Positions 51,903 through 64,000 of a stretch of 64,000 nt of DNA are shown piece after piece. The translations under genes and the position numbers were made by a program. Location: contig NC_043010.1 in the NCBI RefSeq assembly GCF_006345805.1, positions 46,190,001 through 46,254,000 on the forward strand, written 5' to 3'. This DNA is from Octopus sinensis (lineage: Eukaryota). Under the pieces are notes generated by a model that was not told the DNA's origin, made no database searches, and was given only the letters and a program-made list of their open reading frames with translations. Numbering within the stretch: the first letter of the stretch is position 1; each line of letters opens with the position of its first letter.

Positions 51903-52072
51903 CATTTACTTGTCTGCCTAAACGGAGGAGGGAACACGTGGTGGTGGTGGGCACTAATTGCAGGTGGTGAGCGTAGCTTCCAGAAGTGGTCACACAATCA
52001 AACTCAAATGGCTGTGAGTCAACAGGGCACTTCTGGAGAATGGATGAATGGGTTTGCTGTGCCTTTACCCAG

Positions 52073-52119
<47 letters not shown>

Positions 52120-52664
52120 GGCCTGCTGGTACGTGGGATGATAACTTGAAGCATCAACAGGGCACTGACAAAAACTTTAATGTTCTTCTCATTTCCTTTG
52201 CTAAATTGGATAAAAAGGTTTTTCATGAAATTTTATATGCTACTTATAATGCATAAGTAGTGTCAATATTTTATCATTGGAAAATGGCCCAAAACAAGGA
52301 TAAAACCCAGTGCAGTATACTCAAATCTGATTAATCTGCATTTTTGGCGAGGACCATAGTTGGCATCAGAAACTTTTTTTAGTCAACAGTAATTTGAGGA
52401 GTTTGATTAATGTTTGTTACAAATTTGGAGGAAAGTGACTAGATACTCTTCAAGTTACAGGCCTTAACAGTATGAAAATACTTTAAAGATGCAGTTCATC
52501 TGCCCCTGGGCCTGCATTAGGCAAGGAGTTAAATACTTTTCTGGCCCATGACATTCCATGGACCCTATAAAATTTCATTAAAATCAGTTGGGTGGATCTC
52601 AAGTTATAACGACATGACAAACACAGACACACATCCTGTGTTTTATATATATATATATATATAT

Positions 52665-53591
52665 AATAATATTAGGGAATAAATCCAAACTTACAGGGAA
52701 AAATTAGATTTAGGATTAAATCCAATTTTACAGTATAAATATATTATATTATATTATATTATATTAGAGATAAAACCACTATTAGACAAATCAAACAGTG
52801 AAAAACATAACCCAATACATAAAATTAATTTTAAAATATAAAAGTTAAAAATAAAAAATAAAAAATTATTTAAATAATTTAAACTTATAAATTTTATATA
52901 TATATACAAATATATATATATATGTATGTATATTTTTATATTTATATATTATTTTATTTATTTATTAATTAATTAATTAATTTATTTATTATTTTTTTTT
53001 TAAATATCAAAAGTATTAAAAGTTTAATAAAAGATAAAGAGTAAAACACTACGATCGTTTCATGGCTGTACCAATTCGAATAACAATAATTTAAATTCAA
53101 TTAATAATTCGAGTTATGGTTACAGTCAATCTTCAGGTTAATTGAAATATTTTTAAAATAATCAGAAATATTTAAACAATATTTTTAAGATATAAATAAT
53201 ATAATAATTTTACTTATAATAAACTCTATTATCAAACTAGAAACTTAAAACTTAACAATTATGATTATATCAAAATCGATTATAATGTTAAATATTAATT
53301 TTAATTTATAAGGTAAGAAACCCACCAATAATCTAATATCGGTAATAGTCTATATCTAATTACATAAATATTAAAAAAAAAAAATGACTATGATATATAA
53401 ATTATCAATGAAAATATATAAATGTATATAAATATTATAATTAAGATCTAAAATAATCTCTATAAATAAATACATGCACATATAATAAAGACCTAATAAA
53501 TTAATTTTTCATATTTAAAAATGAAATAGCTAATTTCAAAAATACAAACAAACAAACTTAAACGAACTTTCGGAAAACTTATTTAAAATAC
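52665..53591 (-). mobile_element. Very AT-rich (TA)n-embedded element carrying a hammerhead motif
   Basis: Bounded by (TA)n on both sides. The tail ends ttccctaatattattatata, resembling the tail end near 37590. Confidence 0.55.
53043..53140 (-). ncRNA. Type I hammerhead ribozyme motif with long stem II
   Basis: CTGAAGA (53136-53130), a long hairpin, GAAAC, palindromic ACGATCGT and a GUA triplet. Stem I is weak. Confidence 0.55.
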
Positions 53592-53618
53592 TATATATAT
53601 ATATATATATATATTTAT

Positions 53619-53669
<51 letters not shown>

Positions 53670-55980
53670 TATATATCAAAAGAATAATCCTCAAGCATCA
53701 GTAAGATATTCACTCATTTTTTTCTTTTAATGGCTTAATGGTCTTTGAAGGTAGTGTTGGGGTACTATTACCTTTAAAGGTTTTTGCCCATTCTATCAAC
53801 TCCAATACTGTTGAAATAACTGTAAATGGACATCAGTTTTTTTTAAATACAGATAACTGTTGTAAGGAGTAGGTGTAGAATATAATTGTGTTTCTTTGGT
53901 CTGTAATGCATACGTCCTTTTATTAACACTGAGAAAGTAGCTAGAAACAAATCCACTTGTCAACTACAGAGCCAAGTATCTGAATTATTTTGAACAGTCT
54001 TATTGTATCTGGATCTTTTTCTTTTTTTTGTGACTTGAACAGTGTGTCACGTCTAATATTTATCCGTGTATAACAGTTTATCACTCTCACACATTTATTA
54101 CCAGATACATATCTTAAAATTTTGCAAATTGATATTATTTTCTCCTCATATTGTAGAAGGTGCCAGTTGTGCTTAATACTTTCCTCTTTTCACTAATTGA
54201 GCTTCCAATGGTAGAATGCATGTCATGTTTACAGAAGATCTGGGTTCAAACCTGATGAGCAGCCTTGGACTTTATTATCCAAAAGGATTTTTAACCCAAT
54301 ATTTACAAGCTATTATTTATAGTTTTATCTTCAAATTCTATACATAAAAACAAATTATTTCACATTTTCTCAAAGTTTCTATATCTCTTAGGACTTCAAC
54401 AACATACAATTCTCACTGGTAAAAACAAAGCTTCTAAAATGGATAGAGAATTTCAAGATTGATTTGGTCCAAAGGTAGAATGTTTGATATGTTTACAGAA
54501 GGTGTTGGTTCAAGTCCCATTAACTGCTTTTGATTTTTTCTATCCAAAAGTATTTACATGCTATCATTTATAGCTTTATCAACTTTTGAGCTCTACAGTT
54601 AAAAACAAATTGCTATCTGTGTTATTTATATTGGTTTTAAATTTTGGCACAAATCCAGCAACTTCAGGGAAGGGTGTAAGTCCATTACTTTCACCCCAGT
54701 ACTCAACTGGTACTTATTTTATCACCCCTCGAAAGGATAAAAGGTAAAGTTGACCTTGGCGGAATTTGAACTCAGAAAGTAAAGACAGATGAAATGCCAC
54801 TAAGTATTTTGACCTTGTGCTCACCTCTACCTTTGTGTTATTTATAATGATAATGCTTCAGGTAAAACAGTAACCAACATCAACTTCACCTTCTCACCTT
54901 TGGATTTATATTTATGTTAATCTGATAAACTCTTTTATTTATTTCTCTCAAGTGAATGTGAAATGTTTGAGTTATAATCTGTGGCATCCACCAAATTTTT
55001 GATTCACTTTACCAAATTCCTTACTGATTATCCTGCCCCATATCTTCTTCAAAGGTTAGCTTTGATGATGGTTCCTCACTATGACCACAGTTCACTGGCT
55101 GAAACCACTAAAATAACATGATAGCCAAGCAGTTTAGCTAAAAGGAGATTTATCATTCATTCTGTCAAATGTAAGGCTTATTTATTCACATTGTTTTGAA
55201 TTGATCAAGCATTATCTCATAGCTTTGAGATTTCAATGATGTGATTATTTCTTTTTAGAATGACATAGGGTAGGTGTGAAAGGTTAGATCTGGCCAGTTT
55301 GATCAAAGAACAGGTAAAATATTAGGGCTGGATATTATTTTACACAACTAGATCTAGACCTAAGCACTTGACTTTATAAAATCTACATTTGTAGACACCA
55401 TTGCCATAACTATGTTTGTATTTTGTTACAGAGTATCTTTCACTATAATTAACAAAGTGTGAAGGAAAATAAGTTGATGTAAAAAGTTTGCAAATATGAA
55501 TTTTTTACACTGGGATAAAGGTATAAATTTCAAGAGAAGGGTTGATTAAATTGATTCCAGTACTTGACTGATACTTTATTTTATCAATTCCCAAAGAATG
55601 GAAAGCAAATGACCTCAATGGAATTCAAACTTAGAATATAAAGCACCAGAACAAATACTCTAAGGAATTTGTCTTCTGATTCTACCAATCCACTGAGGAA
55701 ATCATTGTCAATATGAATAAGCTTATATGTATTGGGAAGATAAGAGTTCAAGATTTCAAACAGGGTCCTCTTTCTAAATAAGGGCTTTTCACAAAACATT
55801 AGCAGTTCTCCTCATGACAAATATATTTGCAAACTTTATAACAAGGCTTTTACCAAGGAGGCCATTATTAGTTTCTTTGGACCCTTGTTTTATTTTAATT
55901 GAGCTAGAACATTTATTTGAGTGATCTTCTAGATCCAAACTAATCTCTTATTAGTGTGGCTGGCATTTGGCAATGTGAAG

Positions 55981-56012
<32 letters not shown>

Positions 56013-56560
56013 GTTTAACGTCCGTTTTCCATGCTAGCATGGGTTGGATGGTTCAACCGGGGTCTGGGAAGCCAGGAGGCTGCACCAGGTTCCAGTCTGA
56101 TCTGGCAGTGTTTCTTCAGCTGGATGCCCTTCCTAAAACCAACCACTCTGGCACAGGGGCCAGGGGAGGCTGGAAACAGCCACGATCAGTTGGTACTTTT
56201 TATCTGCCACCAGCACAGAAGCCAGTCAAGGCAGCACTGGCATTGGCCACATTTGGATGGTGCTTTTTATGTGCCACTGGCATGGGGATCACAACTACAA
56301 TTTCCATTTGATTTTCATTTTGATGTTGATGTACTTGACTCAATAGGTCTCCTCAAGCACAGCAGGTTACCCTACAACCCAAGGTACTTTTGAATGGGCT
56401 GGGGCTGGTTATGTGAAACTGGTGTAGGATACAGCCGTGAACTCACTTTATTAGCCGGGTCTTTGCGGTCGCAGCATATTTCCAGAGGTCTCGGTCTTTC
56501 ATCATTGCCTCTGTGAGGCCTAACATTTGAAGGTCATGCTTGACCACTTCATCCCATGTC
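55981..56560 (-). mobile_element. 5'-truncated RTE LINE: ORF C-terminus, 3' UTR and (GAT)n tail
   Basis: GRGSPRKTWDEVVKHDLQMLGLTEAMMKDRDLWKYAATAKTRLIK* is contiguous with the abundant UTR family. Confidence 0.85.
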
Positions 56561-59499
56561 TTCCTGGGACTACCTCTACCATGGATTCCTTCATGAAATG
56601 AATAGGGAATTGCTATTATCTGACAGTGAAAGCTACTAAAAATAGAGGAACCCCCCAAAAAATTGGAAAAACTGTAAGGTGAAAAAAACATTGAAGTAAA
56701 TCAAGGAATTATGATTGATGATCTGATACATGATAGATTCATCTAAGGATAGAATAATTTCAAACTGAAGGGGTATTGTTTCTGTGGAATATAAAATGCT
56801 ATTTGATATAGAAACAATATTTAAGGATTGGCTCCAAGTCCATGAAAGGTTGTTGAATTAATCCTCTCTTATGGACAACTTTGAAAATAAATTTGAGTTC
56901 TTTCATTTCTCTGTTACATTCAAAGTTGCCAGCAAAGTGTATCCAAATTAGGATACTATCAATAATGACTTTGCTTTTCAACCTGCTTGGGTTGATAAAT
57001 AGAACGCAGAACTGTAAAATCAAAATTGAATGTTGGTGCTCATCTTTACCTGAAGATCATATGACCTGGTTTTATTCTTTTACTTTCATTTTATATTTTA
57101 ATAACTAATTCTTGTGTTGCAGTTCATACGGTGATGATGGAAAATAACTTTTCCTTTTTAGAGTACCATTCAGATGTATTTGTGCATTACTAGAATCTTT
57201 ATTGTTGGAGCCATCTACATAATGGAGTTATTTAAAAGATCTGACATTCTCTGTGGATTTTAACTGCAAATGAAATGAATGGTGTACAAAATATGCTTCA
57301 ATGACATTAAAAATTGTCTTTGTTTTAGTTTTACAAATACTTTGTTTATATCTATAAGGAATATGGTTTAAATGTCATAGATAGTTTGTTGCTGCTTTAA
57401 CACAAAAGAAACTAACATTTATAGCTAATGCATATGTGATACATAAGCCAAATTACTTCAGTAAAATGATCAGAGAAATAAGTAGTTGAATTTTATTGAA
57501 ATTTTCCACTTTAAAAAATTACCATTATTAATTTTCTTTGAATATTATTTAAAAACAAAAGTAAAACCCAATTATGTTCAATTTAGCGTTTTTAGTGTTT
57601 TGTGATTAAAAGCTAAAAATTATGCAAATTCATTGGAATTGATGATGTGTTTTTCAATTCTTTACATTTTTTTGTTGTTGTTTGTGCTGCCCCATCTCCT
57701 CTCACATTAAATATTTTCAGCCTTGTTTCACATAAATTGAATAATTCTGTAAATTTGGATTATTTATTTATTATACATGTTGTCTCCATCATCAAAATGT
57801 TACATTTTGTTTCAAAATAATATTTACTGGAAACCAATTTCATTAAAAATATTCTACTTTAATTATATTTTAGTGATCATTATATATTTACATCTCTAAC
57901 AGATCGTAAACAATTAGTCTTTTAATACAACAAACATTCTGTTTTCTAACTATTCTTTTAAGTTATAAAAAAAAATATCTTTGAAAGATATTTCACTGTC
58001 ATTATCATAGTACTGATGAGAGAGGGGGATAGACAGAGCTTGTATGTGATCACTTGATTGTTAGAAATATCAGCCAAATCTTCCTCTACCATCACATCAT
58101 ACTGCCTTAACCCCTTAGCATTTACATTACTTTGTTAAATGTAATGCTTATTTATTCACATTGTTTTGAATTAATCATGTATTATCTTGTAGCTTTGAGA
58201 TTTCAATAATGTGATCGTTTATTTTTACAATGACATTGTAGAGTAGGTGTGAGAGGTCAGATCTAGTCAGTTTGAACATAAAACAGGTAGAATATTTGAA
58301 CCGGTTATGGTCAGTTTAAATGCTAAAGGGTTATGGTAGGACAAGACATTGAATAATGCAGTCCCATACACAATACTATATCTGGATAAAACAGATAACT
58401 TTTGATCATAAGCTAGACATGATTGGGCTGGCCCGAGGCTAAACATTATCATTATCACCAATTATCAATCCCAATGACACAAGTAAATTACTCTGGCCTG
58501 ATATAATAGGGGCTAGAGTGTTGAACTGATGTTAAAATAGTGTGAGAAGTATTGGACTACATGATCTCTGTTGGAACACTTGGATCATAGGTTTACAGGT
58601 CTACTTAATGAGGACTGACTTCTCAATTTAACTACTGCTGACTCACAGCTTGTTTCCCAAAGTATGCATCAATCATTCAAATTAAATGTCCTTGGCTACA
58701 TGGGTTGTCTTTCTCTACTACAACCATTGTCTGTATCCTGTTTTGGGTTAAAAATTTTTTTTTCATTTTCTTTTGCAATATGCCATACAATTTATATAAT
58801 TTTACAATGTAAAATATTTGCCTATTTTATCTTTATTTTATTCGATTCAGTCATTGGACTGCTGCTATGCTGGGGTACTGCTTTGAAAAGTTTAGTTCAG
58901 TGATTCCCAACATGGGGCAAATTCCCCACCGGTGGGGCCTGGGGAAATTGTGGTTGGGCATGGTGCCGTAGTTGGCAAGCACAAGGTTCTCATTAAACTC
59001 ATTAAAATGAGTCATTATTTTTTCTCTTAGTCAGTAATGTACTTTTTTATTTGCTCAGTATTTAATAAAAGAGTAGATTCTTTTGTATCGAAGATTTGTG
59101 ATAGAATATTAAAAGTAAAGTTGTTTTTTTCCAATCACTGGTAGAGCAATCATTTTTCTGGAAAGTTATGGTGGCGCTTGTGGGGAAGATAAGTTGGAAA
59201 ACACTGATTTACTTGATCAAACCTACCCCAGTACTTATTTCAAAGTCTGATGCTTATTCTAAGCATCACTTGTGCCAAACTGCTAAGTTACATGGACATA
59301 AACAAACCAACCCCAGTTGTCAAGTAGTGGACATACACACATACACATGTAAACAAAATCAAACATACATGCACAAGATGTGTGTTATTAGTTTGTGGGT
59401 CAGCTGCATTTTAGGTATAAGAGAATATATTCTCAGGGTACCTGGTGTTAAAAACACCTGAAAGTGAGTTATAGAGAAGCGAGACATCTCACATTAGGT

Positions 59500-59776
59500 T
59501 CCTTTTCGGAGCAACAGACATTGATGTTTCATCATTGTTGACTTTTCAATGCAGCATACTGAACACAGTCTACTGCCTCCTTCAAAACTTCCATGCTTCC
59601 TGAGATTCCCCAACACTACACCTGATTTTCTCCCCTCCATACACACGCAAGCATGTATCTGACTCATACACTGTTCACTTTCCAGACATTTGTACATTAC
59701 TGCATATGCTTTATATGCACTTTTGACAAGTTGTGGTGCACCTGAGCACTATACAATAATTTCATTATTATTATTA
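59500..59776 (+). mobile_element. Probable CR1/L2-like LINE 3' end with an (ATT)n tail
   Basis: SFKT-like motif, then ...gcacctgagcactatacaataatttc(att)n. Weak protein evidence. Confidence 0.4.
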
Positions 59777-60166
59777 CTAGCAGTATCGCCCAGCGTTGCT
59801 CGGTTTTGTTTCAACCCTTTAGAATTGGAATTTTTGAAAAGTAAAAATTTTGCATTATGTAGCTTGTTATTCTCTTTAAGTGAACATTTTTCTGGTTGAA
59901 ATACACCCAAAAATGGCGACACAGCAGTCAAAAAATCGTAAAAAATAGGGATTTTCATAGAAAAAAAAGCACCTTTTTCATGTAAACAATTTTTGGTGTT
60001 AACATGGTCCGATTTGAATTTTTACTTCTACGGAAGGAAGAGCAAGCCTTCTATCATACTCTCAATTTTGGTCAACTTGTGCCGCATAGTCTCGGAGGAG
60101 ATAGTGTTTGTTGAAGGCTACCAAACCTGCCATACACAGACAACTTCAGCTTTATATATAGAGAGA
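59777..60166 (-). mobile_element. Full-length non-autonomous Helitron, family H3
   Basis: 5' TC after A, 3' CTAG before T, and an imperfect GC hairpin cgcccagcgttgctcgg. It is inserted in an (ATT)n tract. Confidence 0.8.
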
Positions 60167-60523
60167 TTATACTACTGCAAGCTATATCGCTGACTATGAC
60201 TATATGCTAAATGCTTTAAAAACCATTTACTGGAATGTCCTGTTTCATGCCATGGAAAAATTCAAATATGAATTAGAAGACACATACACAAGGTGCATGC
60301 TTTGTTAGTTTCTTGGGTTGGCTGCATTTTAGGTGTAACAGAATCTATTCTCAATGCACCTGGTGTTGAAAACACCTGAAAGTAAATTATCGGCAAGCAA
60401 GACAACTCACATCAGGTCCCTTTTGCAGCTGACCCATGAACTAATAACACACACACCTTGTGTATGTGTGTTCGATTTTATTTATATACCTAAAGATGCT
60501 TCCAATTCATATTTCAGTATATA

Positions 60524-60766
60524 CAGGGTTGGCCACAAGTCACCCGACAGTAAATCAAAATTCCATAGACACTAAATAATACAATTTTATTTCTTCATTC
60601 CAGTTTTGAATGTTTAATAATTGAATGCTGTGAGTTAAAACCACCGATTTTTTTTTTCCCCCAACATTTGTCTATTTATTAGGGAAGTCTCATAAAATAA
60701 ATTTTTGTCTTAATCTTGGAATTAAATGGTTTTAATTTACTGTCAGGTGACTTCTGGCCAACCCTG
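60524..60766. mobile_element. Tc1/mariner MITE
   Basis: 32-bp TIRs with 2 mismatches and TA TSDs at 60522-23 and 60767-68. Confidence 0.9.
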
Positions 60767-61746
60767 TACACACATTTATATATATATATATATATATATA
60801 ATCATCATTTAACACCCGTTATCCATGCTGGCATGGGTTTGATGGTTTGACTAGGGCTAGTAAATTGAGGGGTTGCACCAGACTCCAGCCTGATTTGGCA
60901 TGGTTTCTATGGCTGGATGCCTTTCCTAATGCCAACCACTTTGAGAATGTAATGGGTGCTTTTACATGCCACAAGCATGGGTGCCAGGATTCCATATTAT
61001 TTCCATCTACCAAATTCTCCTACAAGGCACTGGTTGGCCTGGGGCTTTAGTAGAAGACACTTGTCTAAAGTGTTGCACTGCGGGATTGAACTTGAAACCA
61101 CATGGCTGCAGAGTGAGCTTCTTAACTAGCCTCAGTAACATACAATGTGGTGGGTCATACATTTCAGTTTAACATTTTTGTTTTTTATGTGTCCTTTTCT
61201 TTTTCCATGCTAGCATGGTGTATATGTGGTGTGATGTTTGTTTTGATGGAGTAGTAGTAGACCCCCATCCATTTCCTGCTTCTAGCCACTCAAATGTGAA
61301 GTAGGAATGGAAATCTTCCCCCCTCCCCCCTCCAGTCTTTTCTGGCATCTGGAGCTTGCAGTTATGTGCTTTGTTAAAGGACACACCACAAAAGCTATGG
61401 TAATTTCAAGATGAATGTGATCAGGAATCTATTATTTTAACCTCAAGGCAGTGTTTGCTTTTATTAAATAGTTTAGGAGAGTCTTTCTCATCAAGTAGAT
61501 GGCCTCTTAACCTCTCCTTCTCTACTTACTTGGCAACAGAGTGGGTAACACTTGAAAATAGAATGGAAACTGACAAGTTATTAGGTGATTCACAGAGTTG
61601 ACATCAAGTATTCTCACATATGAATAATAATAGATTGTGTGCGTTTTTTTTTTTGTGAGCATGCTTTTATTCCATGTAGGAATGGAAGGCCATATAAAGT
61701 CATAATTGTAAGCAACAGCACTGCGAAACTGGTGAATTACTTATCA

Positions 61747-61970
61747 GGCAGAGATGTGGCTGTGTGGTAAGAAGCTCACTTCCCAAACAAATGGTTCCGG
61801 ATTCAGTCCCGCTGTGTGGCACCTTGGGCAAGTGTCTTCTACTATAGCCCCGGGCCAACCAATGGATTTGGTAGACAGAAACTGAAATATACTTGTTGTA
61901 TATATGTGTATATATATATATATATGTGTGTGTATATATATGTGTATATATATATGCATATATGTATATA

Positions 61971-62011
<41 letters not shown>

Positions 62012-62308
62012 GTATATATATATATGTGTGTATGTATATATGTATATATATATATGTGTATATATATGTATATATATGTATATATATGTGTGTGTGTGTG
62101 TGTGTTTTGTCTCCCACCACCACTTGAAATCAGTGTTGGTATGTTTGTGTCCCTGTAACTTGACGGTTTGGTAAAAACAATCGATAGAATAAGTACCAGG
62201 TTTTTAAAACATAAGTAATGGAGTCAACTCGTTCAACTAAAAATTCTTCGAGGCGTATAACCTGCATGGCTGCAGTCTAATGACTGAAATAAGTAAAAGA
62301 TAAAAGAT
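61747..62308 (+). mobile_element. SINE family A with its linker expanded to ~210 bp of (TA)/(TG)
   Basis: Head and tail are intact. The microsatellite spans ~61898-62103. Confidence 0.85.
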
Positions 62309-62734
62309 TCCAGTCCAGGGATTGAAACCACAATCTTACAACCATGAATCCAACACCCTAACCACTAAGCCACTCACTTCCACCTTATCTAAAATACATC
62401 CTCAAAATGAACCCTGTGTGTGTGTAAGGTGCACTGCCATGTATTTGGATAAGATATTTTTTTTATTAAGGTCTAGTCCAAGACTGGTCATGCTGGGGCA
62501 ACACCGTTTAAGGCAGTTTATGTATGCTATAAAACATGAAATTATATTGCTTATAGTTAGGAATACATGTTAGATACAAAGCTTTCATTTTGTCTTTGTC
62601 CTCATATGATGGAGTTTTGTTGTCAATTGGTGCCTGTTTCAACAACTCTATCCACAACCTATAATCAAAGAGAGAAGCTAACACTGACATGATTTAAACT
62701 AAAAAAAAAAAAATAATAATATTAAGCTCTAAAG

Positions 62735-62881
62735 CAGACATGGGCAACCTTTCTGAAGAAGTGAGCCACATGAGACATAATACTTCATCAAGCAGGCTGT
62801 ACTTTTAAGAAAACCACAAGCTAATTTTTCATTAACTTTGCTGCTCAGCAAGTCCCATAAGCCACAGTTTGCCCATGGCTG
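62735..62881. mobile_element. hAT MITE, 147 bp
   Basis: TIRs cagacatgggcaa / ttgcccatggctg. The 8-bp TSD ctctaaag/ttctaaag matches at 7/8. Confidence 0.85.
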
Positions 62882-63131
62882 TTCTAAAGCATGTGGTGTA
62901 AAACATTTACTCTCAACCTTTATTCTTGGCATGCACATGCACGCACGCACGCACGCACACACACACAGAGGCAAAGGCATGGGTGTGTGGCAAGAAGCTT
63001 ACTTCCTAACCACATGGTTCTGGGTTCAGTTCCACAGTGTGACACTTGGGCAAATGTCTTCTACTATAGCCTTGGGCTGACCAAATCTTTGTGAATGGAT
63101 TTGGCAGACAGAAACTGGAAGAAACCTGTTG

Positions 63132-63169
<38 letters not shown>

Positions 63170-63170
63170 A

Positions 63171-63410
63171 TATCATCATCATCATCATTTAACGTCCGTT
63201 TTCCGCGCTAGCACGGGTTGGACGGTTTCGACCGGGGTCTGGGGAGCTCGGGACTGCCCCAGGCTCCAGTCTAGTCTGGCAGTGTTTCTACAGCTGGATG
63301 CCCTTCCTAACGCCAACCACTCCGCGAGTGTAGTGGGTGTTTTTTACGTGCCACCTGCACAGGTGCCAGAGGGGTCTGGCATCGGCCACGTTCGGATGGT
63401 GCTTTTTATG
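63171..63410 (-). mobile_element. RTE 3' UTR fragment
   Basis: Near-identical to 4252-4480. Confidence 0.85.
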
Positions 63411-63830
63411 TGGGGGGGGGAGAAATATAGGGGAGCACCAGTGGGGAGGGTGGTGGTCAGAGAAATGATGACAGGTTCTAGGCAAGTAGAACGTAGGATA
63501 TCAAGAGAGGGGTAATGCATGGTCAAATAGCGTATTGAAGAGGGGGGTTCGAAGAGTAGACACCTATAATGGTGGTGGGAGAAGCGACATCCGGTATAGA
63601 TGGAGCAAAAATATAGAGATATCCGTATTGGTGGTGGGGGTGGGCAAGGGCGGGTGCACCGGGAATATGACGGGCTGGCTTAAAAATGCTCTTAGCAAAG
63701 GAAGAGGGGGGATGGCAGACAACGTAAAAGAGGAGAGAGAGAAGGAAATAGTGGAACCCCGCGAAAATGGGCCGCCATTGAAAAAACCCCTGTATGGAGA
63801 AATAATATGCAATACAAGGCGAAGCTGAAA

Positions 63831-63866
<36 letters not shown>

Positions 63867-64000
63867 TAATAATAATAATAATAATAAGCAATATATATAA
63901 TATATATATGTGTGTGTGTGTGTGTGTGTCTGTGTTAGTTTCCCACCACCACTTGACAACTGGTGTTTATGTCCCCATAACCTAGCAGTTTGGCAAAAGC

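Noticed and set aside
58898-59140. hAT MITE
   Set aside because: Only 8 terminal bases match and the putative TSD is 4/8.

Overview
This is AT-rich, microsatellite-dense eukaryotic DNA. The repeat families suggest an octopus or other coleoid cephalopod genome, which is an inference and not a database match. I could not confidently identify any host protein-coding gene; only weak small-exon candidates remain. Most of the window is transposon-derived: about five tRNA-derived SINE families, many 5'-truncated RTE LINEs, Tc1/mariner, pogo-like, hAT and TTAA-flanked MITEs, non-autonomous Helitrons, and a U6 pseudogene fused to a SINE. The most notable signal is a set of sequence-unrelated elements, mostly embedded in (TA)n arrays, that carry type I minimal hammerhead ribozyme motifs. 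Most also have an inverted partial copy of their own tail, an architecture expected of Penelope-like retroelement remnants. The ORF-track ORFs are mostly microsatellite or TE artefacts.
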